Below are positions 35,511 to 45,900 of a stretch of 64,000 nt of DNA, piece after piece. A program made the translations under genes and the position numbers. The DNA comes from a virus (lineage: Duplodnaviria; Caudoviricetes). Within the stretch, counting starts at the first letter, position 1; the number at the start of each line of letters is the position of its first letter. Below the pieces are notes generated by a model. The model did not search any database, had not been told where the DNA came from, and saw only the letters and a program-made list of their open reading frames with translations. The stretch covers positions 7,139 to 71,138 of the IMG/VR virus record IMGVR_UViG_3300032219_001723; one strand, given 5' to 3'.

Positions 35511-38446
35511 TAGTTACAACTTATATTCAAATCTATCGCTATGTTTATGTTAAATGTAATATCTTCATCATTACAAGTAACTCTTTTTATAGTAATTGTA
35601 TCATCACTAATAGAATAATTAAATCCATCTTGATAAATCATATCCAAACCACTAATTATTGCTGAATTCCAAATAGTATTAGTCGGTACTGATGTAATAC
35701 CAGCACTTGTATAAAAACTTTCATTATAAATTTCAGTATTATTATATTCCATAACTAAATACCAAGTAGCAAATAATGAATTAGAAACACAATCAGACAA
35801 TGTTTTACCAATTGATGTTAAATATTGATTCAAAACTTCATTTAATATTTGTGAAAAAGTAACAGTAGGATAGAGTGGACAAGTTGTCGTTTTACTAATA
35901 CACTCATAACTAAATAAATTACCAATAGCAGGACAATTTGTCTTCTCAATAGGAACTATTTGACAACCTCTTTGTCTTCTATAAACAAACTTCTGTCTAT
36001 GAAAAATAGAGTTTTCAAATCTAACACCTGTAGTCCATAATGTAGAAGCAGGAACAACTTGTTCAACTAATCGTATCCAATATTGACCTAAATTATCAAC
36101 ATAGTCAATAAGATTAGTATAGTTGAAATTATCGTTAGGAATGTTCACATTTTCAGATTCTAACCAGTTCCAAAAAATGCTTGATAGTGTTGGATATCCT
36201 CCGGTTTTACCATCTGTAATAAATTGTCTATTTCTAACGTTAATCGTATTAAACCAAAAAGTCTGAGCAAATTCAAAAAATGATTTAACTTTTGGTTTTG
36301 GATTTATAAAAGTCCAATCTTTATCACCAGGACTTGGGTATGGTGGAGTTAATCCTGAATTTGGTATCGGATAGTTATATCTTCTAGACATAGACCAAAC
36401 ATCATATACGATACCTTGTGAAGGATTCAAGAATACCTCTAAATTTTTTCTATTAAGTACTAATTTGTCTGATGGTGTATAGTAATAAGCATTATAATCA
36501 CCACCGGTTTCTCTTCTTAAACCAATATCATTAACTGCCCAACTTTTTCTATTGTCAACATATTCTGTCAATCTATAACCACCACCAATATAAGGGAATG
36601 TTCTATATCTATCAAAATATTCCTCACCATAAGTAAATGGAGCCAATGAAGTTTGGACAGATGGGTTGTTACCCGTAAATACTGATTGTGTTAAATCAAT
36701 AACTTCATTACTTCTATGTTTTGGAGTACTTTCAAACCAACCCGATCCCATTTGAAAAAAGTAATCAGGTGTTTGTGTTGGTGCCTTAGGATAACCTTCA
36801 TCATCCACCGGAAAATCAGCCCTCGTACTAGTTACTGTTTCCACCTCATAGGTATTTGTAAATGCGGTATAAGTCTCACCAAATAAAAGATACGTATAAT
36901 TAGAATCTAATGATGGGTATTGATTTAAGTAAGTACCACTTTCAATTTGAAGATATTGGGTATCAAAATTACTTATATTGATCTTTTGATCTGCCAAGTA
37001 AATAAATTCGTTAATCTCAACTAACGCATCAGGTGCCCCCGCCAATCTTAACATAAATTCAATAGATCTTCTTGTACCTTTTGATTTGAACAAATACGAC
37101 GCGTTCAAGATTAAATTCCTATAGAATTGGAAATTCAACTCCGAAGGTGTCATTTGTCTTGAATACCCCGAATAAACCGGAGCAGCACCTGTACCAAAAA
37201 TAGAATTTAAGAAATCATCATTAGTTATCGGTGATACGTTAATTTGAAATCCTAATGTTTGTGCTAAATTTTTTAATAACTGAGAAGGTATATCATTACC
37301 AATATTGTAATGAACTGAGTTCATATAAGCTAACGCGTCTATAAACTTTTTAACATCATCAAAACTACGTCCATAAATTTGTAAAACACTCTCAATCTTC
37401 TGATCTTGTGTGTCAAATTCTTTGAAAGCATCAGTTACATAAAATCTTGAAATTAAATTCGTTTTGTAATCATCAAAATCAATACCTATCGTTGATAGAT
37501 TAGCAATATAGTCTTCAAAGTTAGGTGTTCTAATATCCAAGTTCCAAGGACCATCCAATGGCCAAGTAACTTGTTGTTGGACCACAGTAACCGCACCTGT
37601 ATCTGATTGTACAGGAACTTGGAATGTCGCTGTGTAAATAGGATTTGATAATCTATTTAGTAAAAATTGTTCAACCTCATCAAACGGTTCTTTGAAATTG
37701 ATCTCAGTATAATATGTTGATGGTTTAATATAAAAACTTTGGCTAGTCGCACTTGTTGCACTATACTCATAAAACGGATTGCCACTAACTGTAAAATACA
37801 AGGTACCCTCACTTGAGGTATTAGATGGTGTGAAAAATAATACAGGGTATTCAGAACCACTAAAAAATAATGAATATCTTTTATAAAAAGATGTTATATC
37901 TCTTAAATAAGATACTGGGGTTTCTCTAACTAATAGGTTAGCCGCAGCATTTACTGTGAAATCAATATTAAATGGATTCTTAATTCTTTCAACATTTACC
38001 GAAAATGTGGTATATTGTTCTTGACTCTCATATAAAATATCAAAAGCGGTATAACCTGTTGTGAAATCATAATAAGTTTCATCAAGTTGTAACGCTGCCG
38101 GAAAATAGTTTAACACTTTAGTTACCGAAACTTCTAACCTTTTTGATAACGAACCATAAAGTGTAAAATTAGTAATTTCACTTAAATCATAATTCGGATA
38201 AACTCGATAGTCTTGTGATAACGCATCTCTAGATTGATTTATGGTATCTATTGATAGATTTTCCAACGATATTGGATCGGAGAATGATCCAATACTAAAT
38301 TGACGGTTAACTTTTTCACTAACCGATGTTGTAAACTCAAAGTTACCATTAGTTAAACCACCCCCTGTTACTAGTTGTACACCAACCAGATTATCAAACG
38401 GGGTATCTGCTCCGCTACCTTGAGGTGGAATTATAGTATTAGCCAT
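35510..38446 (-). CDS. Probable baseplate wedge subunit (P2 gpI / T4 gp7-like motifs)
   Basis: 978 aa. IPSQLLKNLAQTLG and LFKSKGTRRSIEFML resemble gpI/gp7-type wedge motifs; lies in the baseplate operon. Confidence 0.5.
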   Translation of the reverse strand: MANTIIPPQGSGADTPFDNLVGVQLVTGGGLTNGNFEFTTSVSEKVNRQFSIGSFSDPISLENLSIDTINQSRDALSQDYRVYPNYDLSEITNFTLYGSLSKRLEVSVTKVLNYFPAALQLDETYYDFTTGYTAFDILYESQEQYTTFSVNVERIKNPFNIDFTVNAAANLLVRETPVSYLRDITSFYKRYSLFFSGSEYPVLFFTPSNTSSEGTLYFTVSGNPFYEYSATSATSQSFYIKPSTYYTEINFKEPFDEVEQFLLNRLSNPIYTATFQVPVQSDTGAVTVVQQQVTWPLDGPWNLDIRTPNFEDYIANLSTIGIDFDDYKTNLISRFYVTDAFKEFDTQDQKIESVLQIYGRSFDDVKKFIDALAYMNSVHYNIGNDIPSQLLKNLAQTLGFQINVSPITNDDFLNSIFGTGAAPVYSGYSRQMTPSELNFQFYRNLILNASYLFKSKGTRRSIEFMLRLAGAPDALVEINEFIYLADQKINISNFDTQYLQIESGTYLNQYPSLDSNYTYLLFGETYTAFTNTYEVETVTSTRADFPVDDEGYPKAPTQTPDYFFQMGSGWFESTPKHRSNEVIDLTQSVFTGNNPSVQTSLAPFTYGEEYFDRYRTFPYIGGGYRLTEYVDNRKSWAVNDIGLRRETGGDYNAYYYTPSDKLVLNRKNLEVFLNPSQGIVYDVWSMSRRYNYPIPNSGLTPPYPSPGDKDWTFINPKPKVKSFFEFAQTFWFNTINVRNRQFITDGKTGGYPTLSSIFWNWLESENVNIPNDNFNYTNLIDYVDNLGQYWIRLVEQVVPASTLWTTGVRFENSIFHRQKFVYRRQRGCQIVPIEKTNCPAIGNLFSYECISKTTTCPLYPTVTFSQILNEVLNQYLTSIGKTLSDCVSNSLFATWYLVMEYNNTEIYNESFYTSAGITSVPTNTIWNSAIISGLDMIYQDGFNYSISDDTITIKRVTCNDEDITFNINIAIDLNISCN

Positions 38447-39347
38447 TAGTTATGGTTGTAAAGTTTTTACTGAAATCAATATTATCGCCTCTATTTTGAC
38501 GTACTTCAAACAATAAATTATTATACTGATCTTTGATCTCATATAGATTATATTGTCTGAATATGTTATTATCACTATCGTACATTGTGTAAATACCATC
38601 CTCAATTGACTTGGTTTGATTACCAAACAACGCAATTGACAATGTTCTAATATCATCTGAAACTACCTCAATGTTCAAAACCACAGGATTAAAGAATGTG
38701 TTTGAAATATTGATGTTTTGACCTGGTTGACCAATATATGGTGTAGCGTTTGGTTTGTTTGTTGGTGTAGAACTTGGTGATAACGTGCAGAAGATTAAAT
38801 TAGTCTGTCCATCAACATATCTATATCTAACAGATTTTGATGTCGTATTTACCAAATTTTCAACAACCGCTTCACAATAAAAATTAGACGTAATCAATCT
38901 AAAAAAGTTAGGAATTTTACTCCCATATGAATTTTGATATTCAACTCTAAAACCAACCAAACCTTGTGGAACAAATTTATTTCTTGATTCCGTTGGAACA
39001 TTACTAATGTCTATAATAATCCCTTTAACGTTAGGTAATGCGGATAAAACTCCACAATCGGTTATACTAGTTCTAATCGCCAAGGGTCTCACTAATAGTG
39101 TGTAAATTCCTAAATTTGTAAATTCTGATGCCGGAAGTCTTAAATTATATAATCCACCCAATAATTCATTGGTATTACCACCCGTTGACGCATTATTAAA
39201 ATAAGGTCTTAATATTGATGCTGCGTCTAATTTTTTCAAAGTAAAATTGTCAGTAGCATCCCTACTAGGTGTATAATTAAGAATGATCTCAACATCTTCA
39301 GGACTTACATCCGCAGGTCTTAAGGTTCCGTATGTTCCTGTTGCCAT
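38439..39347 (-). CDS. Virion structural protein, unknown function
   Basis: 302 aa, overlaps the next gene by 8 nt, preceded by a TATTTAT motif. Confidence 0.55.
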   Translation of the reverse strand: MATGTYGTLRPADVSPEDVEIILNYTPSRDATDNFTLKKLDAASILRPYFNNASTGGNTNELLGGLYNLRLPASEFTNLGIYTLLVRPLAIRTSITDCGVLSALPNVKGIIIDISNVPTESRNKFVPQGLVGFRVEYQNSYGSKIPNFFRLITSNFYCEAVVENLVNTTSKSVRYRYVDGQTNLIFCTLSPSSTPTNKPNATPYIGQPGQNINISNTFFNPVVLNIEVVSDDIRTLSIALFGNQTKSIEDGIYTMYDSDNNIFRQYNLYEIKDQYNNLLFEVRQNRGDNIDFSKNFTTITNG

Positions 39348-39367
39348 TTTTTTATTTCTTTATATTC

Positions 39368-39374
39368 ATAAATA
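39368..39374 (-). promoter_or_regulatory. TATTTAT candidate phage promoter element
   Basis: 20 nt upstream of the ATG at 39347; heads a ~25 kb run of genes with no gap over ~15 nt. Confidence 0.45.
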
Positions 39375-39379
39375 GTTTA

Positions 39380-40462
39380 TTATACGTTTTCAACATTGAA
39401 AAACTTATATCCATATTTTTCTAATGTCCCAACACTATTAACTTCTCCCAACCTTTCAATTCTTTCAAGTGCCGAATTCTTACCTCTATCAATAAAAACG
39501 TCACTATATGCGGTCGGTTCCCCGTTAATACCTATCAAAAATTCTTCTTTTACTAACGGTTCTGAAACCATAAAATCAGAAGTGAAACCACTACTCTGAA
39601 TAAAATAGTTAGTCTCACCATCAGAAAAATCAACATAATTTATATTTTGTATAGTGTAAGCGGTGTAAGTATCTGTAATTTCAGTAACAACACCAAAAAC
39701 ATCACCATTTTTTATTATCGGAACACCTACCAAGTACTTAGTAGTTCCATACCTTTCCAATTCCAATAAATTACTAAAACAAGTTCCTGAAACTGAGAAT
39801 GGTGTAGGAACATAAGATGAAGATACTTGTTCCGATACCGAGTTATTACTATCCCCCGTAAAAATATAATCATATGATACAGGTGTTGCACTCCAAGATC
39901 CAATATTAGATGTGAAAATAATTTCACCATTAGGATCTGTATTCCAATTAGTAACAAAAGGTAATACTATTTTTTTACTATTTAATGTTGTACCAAAAGG
40001 TCCTGTGTTTTTAATTGTTATTGTGTAACCCGTGTCCGCCGTTGGATAGGTGTGACTAACATACTCGGGTGCCAGTTTTGTAATAACTTCTAATTCTGAA
40101 TTATCTCCCCAATCTATCGTGAATGTTGTCTCTTGTAAATAAGAAACATATTCCATATCAGACGTATTATAAACATATAATGTATATGGTGATCCTGTTG
40201 TCGCACTATAAACAAAATTATTTGATATATTGATTTGTGACAATTCCCCATCAAAGGTTGAGAAGTATCCTAAATCATTAACGTCTTGGGTTAGTAATAT
40301 AGGTAGAGTTAATCCTGTAAATAAACTTGTGTTTCCGGTTCCTCCTGATAACATTTGTGTCATAGAAGAATATACACCAACGTTAGTTCCGCTATAATCT
40401 ATAGTATGAACCAAAGTGTTTAATACCAATGGTGATATTTGATAGTCGTAAGTTTGTATCAT
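39380..40462 (-). CDS. Virion structural protein, unknown function (PKD-like TIDWGD strand)
   Basis: 360 aa, FTIDWGDNS...SHTY PKD-like motif, ATGA overlap with the upstream gene. Confidence 0.5.
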   Translation of the reverse strand: MIQTYDYQISPLVLNTLVHTIDYSGTNVGVYSSMTQMLSGGTGNTSLFTGLTLPILLTQDVNDLGYFSTFDGELSQINISNNFVYSATTGSPYTLYVYNTSDMEYVSYLQETTFTIDWGDNSELEVITKLAPEYVSHTYPTADTGYTITIKNTGPFGTTLNSKKIVLPFVTNWNTDPNGEIIFTSNIGSWSATPVSYDYIFTGDSNNSVSEQVSSSYVPTPFSVSGTCFSNLLELERYGTTKYLVGVPIIKNGDVFGVVTEITDTYTAYTIQNINYVDFSDGETNYFIQSSGFTSDFMVSEPLVKEEFLIGINGEPTAYSDVFIDRGKNSALERIERLGEVNSVGTLEKYGYKFFNVENV

Positions 40463-41256
40463 GGATTTACATATTCATACCATTTTATCGGTGATCCACT
40501 ATAACCTGTTCTTACATCACCGGGATAAGTACTAATCGTATAGGTCTGAGATGAGTAACTTAAATTAACTTTATAATAAAAATAATCAGTATTATTAAAG
40601 CTAAAATTATTACCAATCAAACATTGTGGTGTATTTGTCATCCTAATAAATTGACCAAATCTACCATCAAAAAATTTGGCAGACATATAAAATGTATCAA
40701 TATTAAGAAAATCTCTTTTCTTTAACCAATAAATATAAAAACCTTCCTGATCACCAACATAATCTAATGTAAAGTTAGGTGTTTTAATATTCTGTGAGAA
40801 AGTGGTTGAGGTGTACGCGCTTACACTACCCTGACTTGTTGGTATAATAATTGTCAAATACAACGTTTGATTATTAGAATCCGGTGTGTCATATAAATCC
40901 AATTTGAAAAAACTATTCTCAAATGGTTTATCAAAATAATATATTTGTGTAGGTGTGAATTTTTGAAGATATGAATTATTCCATAACGTTGTGGATGTAA
41001 CAGTAGTTGCCGTAACCGGAATACTTTGTTCAATGTTGTAAAAATAGAAACTATAATTTATATCAGTAGATCCATTGTATTCCGAATGTTCAAATCTATT
41101 AACCTCAAAGTCGTCATTTGTTGGTATTATTTCATCCAAAATTTGTTCTTCAAACTTCAAATAACCCTGTTCAATTCCACCCCAATCCCAATCATTAGAT
41201 AATGGTATTATAATATTTTGATCAATATTTGTTCTTAAGTATTCTAAATTATTCAC
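40459..41256 (-). CDS. Hypothetical structural protein
   Basis: 265 aa, GTG start overlapping the upstream stop. Confidence 0.55.
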   Translation of the reverse strand: MNNLEYLRTNIDQNIIIPLSNDWDWGGIEQGYLKFEEQILDEIIPTNDDFEVNRFEHSEYNGSTDINYSFYFYNIEQSIPVTATTVTSTTLWNNSYLQKFTPTQIYYFDKPFENSFFKLDLYDTPDSNNQTLYLTIIIPTSQGSVSAYTSTTFSQNIKTPNFTLDYVGDQEGFYIYWLKKRDFLNIDTFYMSAKFFDGRFGQFIRMTNTPQCLIGNNFSFNNTDYFYYKVNLSYSSQTYTISTYPGDVRTGYSGSPIKWYEYVNP

Positions 41257-42943
41257 AATCGTCAGATGTTGGTTGTTGGATTATAGTAGTCATTGTATTA
41301 TAATTACCACCTTCAGGTACTAATCTGAAAATAATATTTGAATATGGGTAATGTGCAAAGTTTGTAAATGGAAAATCAACACCAACACCATTTGAATCAA
41401 TAAACCCGTAAGTATATAAATCCCTCCATCGCCATTGTTGATCTTTCTCGGAAAAATAAGAATAATCAGGTTGTCCCGCAGTTAATTTATCACCAGTCTC
41501 AATACTACTTGAGTACGCTCTAATTGTCATAGGAGTATGAACTTTATAATAATATCCTCTTGGTTTTGTTGTGTTATCAATCTCCGAATCAAAAACATTT
41601 TCGTTAAATAATATCTTATGATAATACTCAGAAACAACCCTTTCTGTTTGATTATATTTTGAATATTCACAAATATCCCCATAGATTGTATCACCAGAAC
41701 TTAAATAAGTATTATAATAAAAAGTATAAGTATTTGCACCATCTGTTTGGGTGTATGAACTTAATGGGATGGTTTCAACACACTTATTATTAAGTTTATC
41801 CCACCAATTATTTACCCCGTTGTTTGAATTTATATTATAATCCCAACCTCTCATTAACCCATAATTTGCATTAAACGGATTATTAAAAATCCCACTATAA
41901 CCTCTGAATATAGATGTTAAGTGTAATTCGGATATCGGTAATTTATTATTATCAATTAGACCAATAATATTTATATCATCTTTTGGCGTAACACTATATG
42001 TGTTTGTAAAATTTTTAACAGCAACTCTTGCAACACCATTTGGTGTTAATGTGGTTGAAAAGTATTTTGATTTTTTATTGAATGATGATTCCTCAAAACC
42101 AACCTTTGTCACTGTTAATTGATCAGGTGTTAATATTATTTTATTTTTTCTAATATAATATGTTGAGATTGTTTCACCGCTATTGTTTGGATCTATCACT
42201 TTTTTGAATGTTCCGATAACACCATCGTTAAATGTTCCACCAGTATATCCAACATCAATAATATTAAACATATATTCATCACTATTGAACGTTCCATTAC
42301 CCAACGATGAAACCTGAAATAATTTTTTACCATTATAATCTATTGATAGATATACATAATCATTAGTACTTAATCCGTGTTTAAGTGGTGTGAAAAACTG
42401 AATATAGTTTAACCCATTAAAATTATAGTTTCTAACATTAAATGGTAACCCGTCCGATATGTTCCAATCAATTTGAGTATCACCTGAATAGTAAGTCAAG
42501 TTCTCGTTTATTACCGAACTATTAGGATATGAAATATAAAAAGACCAATTGTATTTTGACGCTTGTTTTGGTTTATAATTTATATGCGTATTATCAGTGT
42601 CGTTTCTAATTATATCAAATTCATAATGTTGGGGATAACCACTCCATAAATTATTAACTAATGAAATTTCGGGATTCACATAGTATAGGTTGTTTTTGAA
42701 ATAGGAATATAACCCTAACCCAATTATATTATTATCATAAATGTATGATAACTTAAACGTGGGTCTAAATGCGGTACCACTCTGTCTTTCATTATCCGCA
42801 AGGGTTGCTAAGTTAATATCAACTATTCTATCACCCTCATTTAGTTCCCTAAAAGTTTGGTTGAATTCATTTGGTACCGTATAATCATTATTCGGAGCTC
42901 CCTTAAATCTTTGTTCTGATTGTAATATGTTAATACTTCTCAT
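41249..42943 (-). CDS. Hypothetical structural protein
   Basis: 564 aa, Tyr/Asn-rich, TAATG coupling with the upstream gene. Confidence 0.55.
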   Translation of the reverse strand: MRSINILQSEQRFKGAPNNDYTVPNEFNQTFRELNEGDRIVDINLATLADNERQSGTAFRPTFKLSYIYDNNIIGLGLYSYFKNNLYYVNPEISLVNNLWSGYPQHYEFDIIRNDTDNTHINYKPKQASKYNWSFYISYPNSSVINENLTYYSGDTQIDWNISDGLPFNVRNYNFNGLNYIQFFTPLKHGLSTNDYVYLSIDYNGKKLFQVSSLGNGTFNSDEYMFNIIDVGYTGGTFNDGVIGTFKKVIDPNNSGETISTYYIRKNKIILTPDQLTVTKVGFEESSFNKKSKYFSTTLTPNGVARVAVKNFTNTYSVTPKDDINIIGLIDNNKLPISELHLTSIFRGYSGIFNNPFNANYGLMRGWDYNINSNNGVNNWWDKLNNKCVETIPLSSYTQTDGANTYTFYYNTYLSSGDTIYGDICEYSKYNQTERVVSEYYHKILFNENVFDSEIDNTTKPRGYYYKVHTPMTIRAYSSSIETGDKLTAGQPDYSYFSEKDQQWRWRDLYTYGFIDSNGVGVDFPFTNFAHYPYSNIIFRLVPEGGNYNTMTTIIQQPTSDDCE

Positions 42944-45900
42944 TATAATTCTTCAACCGGTTTTATATATTTTGTGATAAATCTATCCATAGCACTTTTA
43001 CCTCTTTTAAGACCAAAGTAAAAATAAAATGGAGATCCTTGCAAAATTTTATCATTGTTCATATTATAAATAATCGGATCATACCCTCCTTGATTATTTA
43101 ATTTGAAAATATATCCAAGATTTGTCAATGGGTTATCAGGATTTGGTTGGAAATATGGTGTTTCCATTCTATCCAACTCTTGGAAATTAGTACCACTTAA
43201 TGATATATTCTGAGTTGTAGCTGGTTCCCAATTGTTATTTTCCAAACCAAATATCACATTATTAGAGACACCAGTATCTGTATCGTCATTATATATTTTC
43301 CAATAATAATATGGTACTTTTTGTGAATATGTCGGGATATTATCAGAAATAATACGACTACTGTCTTGTAATCTAACAACTCGTTTAGGACTAATTAGAT
43401 CACGAAGTGTGGTATTTCCTGTATAAAAAATACCCATAACATTTTCATCCAAATAAATCGGATTTGATGTAGTTCCTGTAACACTATAATTATCAAAATC
43501 AAATCCATTAACCCCAAACATTGAATTTATTTGTAACATCTGTGCAAAGTCCCCATCAACTCGGTCACCTTCTCTTGAGAAGAACGCTTGTATGTTACCT
43601 CTTTGCCAGAAGTTTTTATTGATCAATCTAGAAATTAAAAATAACGATAGTAGATCAGAAGTGTCCGAAAAACTAGTAACGGGTAATTGGTCCATAACAT
43701 ACCCTTCATATTCTAAATTCAAAACAACCTCTTTAATCCAACTTTCTCTAGGTCCTAAATCCATAATAGTTGTTGGAAATAGATAATCCGCCTGATTACC
43801 AACACTCTGTGTTTGAGACTGTACCGTTGAGTTTATATTAAAATCCCATGAAGTTTGATGTTGTGTTTTACCTATGAATAAATTAGTGGTATCATTATAT
43901 GGTGCGGACCTATAATAGTAGGTATTTGACGCATCGTGTAATACAACTAAATCCTTACAATATCTTGAATACGGATTATTATTTGAATCAAAGAATCTAT
44001 CGTTCTGAATGGTAAATGCGAATAAATTACCATTAACCCAACTATTAGTAAACGTTTGTCCAAATATACCTCTACAAGATGCAAATGTAATTCTAAATCT
44101 TGTTAACCAATCACCCACTAACTTAAAATCGTTATTTCTACCAAATAAAGATCTAATTGGCGGATTTACTAACTTATAACACCCATTATCTAATATTTCA
44201 CGATCCGCAGCATTTGTATAACAATCATTTGGTTTTGGATTAACACCAAAATTAAATCCTGAACCACTATAACAATCAAAATTAGTCATAGTAGAACAAG
44301 CAAAAGCATTAACTACTGAATTTTGTAAAGTACCACCACTATAATCAGCCGCAGAATTTGTATTATCAGGTTCGGTAGTTGTTAAACTTGTCTGAACTAT
44401 AGTACCATTGTCCGAAAAAACTGAAAAATTAAAAGATCTACTTTGATGTAAAACAAAACTATTATTGTTATATCTCTCTTCTGTTGAAGATGTTGGTAAA
44501 CGGTCGGTTCTCATAACAATTCTTGAAGCGTCATTAACCAATGTTCCGAAATTAAGGTTGTTCGCCTCAATCAAATATGAATACCCATAAGAATAATATC
44601 TTGGTTTGTCAAAATTATCAATAAACATAAATGAAGCACCTTCAATATATTCACCAGGATAATATGGTCGTCCTCTTAAAACTCCGGTAGGTGTATTTGG
44701 ATTATATAATACAAATTTATTATTAACATTATACATACCCATATAACGGTTTATTAAAATAACTTCACCATTAACAGTTAAATCAAATGCCGATTTGTCA
44801 CCAACAATACTATTATCAGGGAAACTATTTGTAGTAACACTACTATCCATAGCACTATAATACTTCAAATTATCAGTATTATATGTTTGGAAATCATTAC
44901 CGGGTAGGATACTATAACTGGGATAAAATACATACTTACCCTCACTACCCGCACCATTAGAAGTTATGTTTTGGTGTCTAGGTAATACTAAATTGTGATT
45001 AGAATTAACCGTGAATTCACTATTTCTAATAGGAATGTTAAGTTTGTAATTTCCAGTCACTACGTGTTGACCCCAATTTTGTTTACCTAAAATCCTACTA
45101 ATATCATAAGATATATTCATTCTTTCGGAATTAGGATCAACACCCCTAACCAAAATTATGATTTCCTGTGATAAATAATCTTGTACGTTAGCTAAAGTAT
45201 ATTGTGGAGAACCAGGAACCGATGATGGGTTGTTCCAAGTACCTGAACCCTCATTTGAATAAACATATGTTGGTGTTGCTAAAAACCCTGTTTTTAATGA
45301 GTTGTTCCATGAACCATCCGCCAAATATTGTATGTCCCCATAAGTGTATCCTGTGATAACTTGGAAATATTCAATATCTGTTGGGAATTTAATTTGTTTA
45401 AGTCCACTTGATTGTGATACAGCATAAGTCGTGATGTTATTACCACCAAATTGTGTGGTAGGATCCGCCCAAGTAACATTTATGGATGATGTGTTAATTG
45501 ATGTTCCTGTAACACCAGAATCACCTAAATCGGTATATGTCTTACTAGGGTTTGGATCTTTTGAAAATTTAGGATCAACAAAAGATACTATCGTACCTGC
45601 CGATAATATAGATAATGTTCCAGATTCAACCATAAGAACCATAACATTATCATAGTGGTATTTACCAACGTTACTTGTTATATCAGGTCTAACACTAACT
45701 TTAATTCTATTAGGTGCCGGACCACCTCTATAAGATGAAGCGATATCATAATCATAATACTTTGACTTAGTATTGAATAAGTTTAACCTCTCAGGTAAGT
45801 TGATGTCGTATGACCAAAAACTAACATCAGTACCATCTGTTTTTTCAACGATACCATAAGAACACTTAAACCCAGCACCTTCATTAGCATCACCAGTATA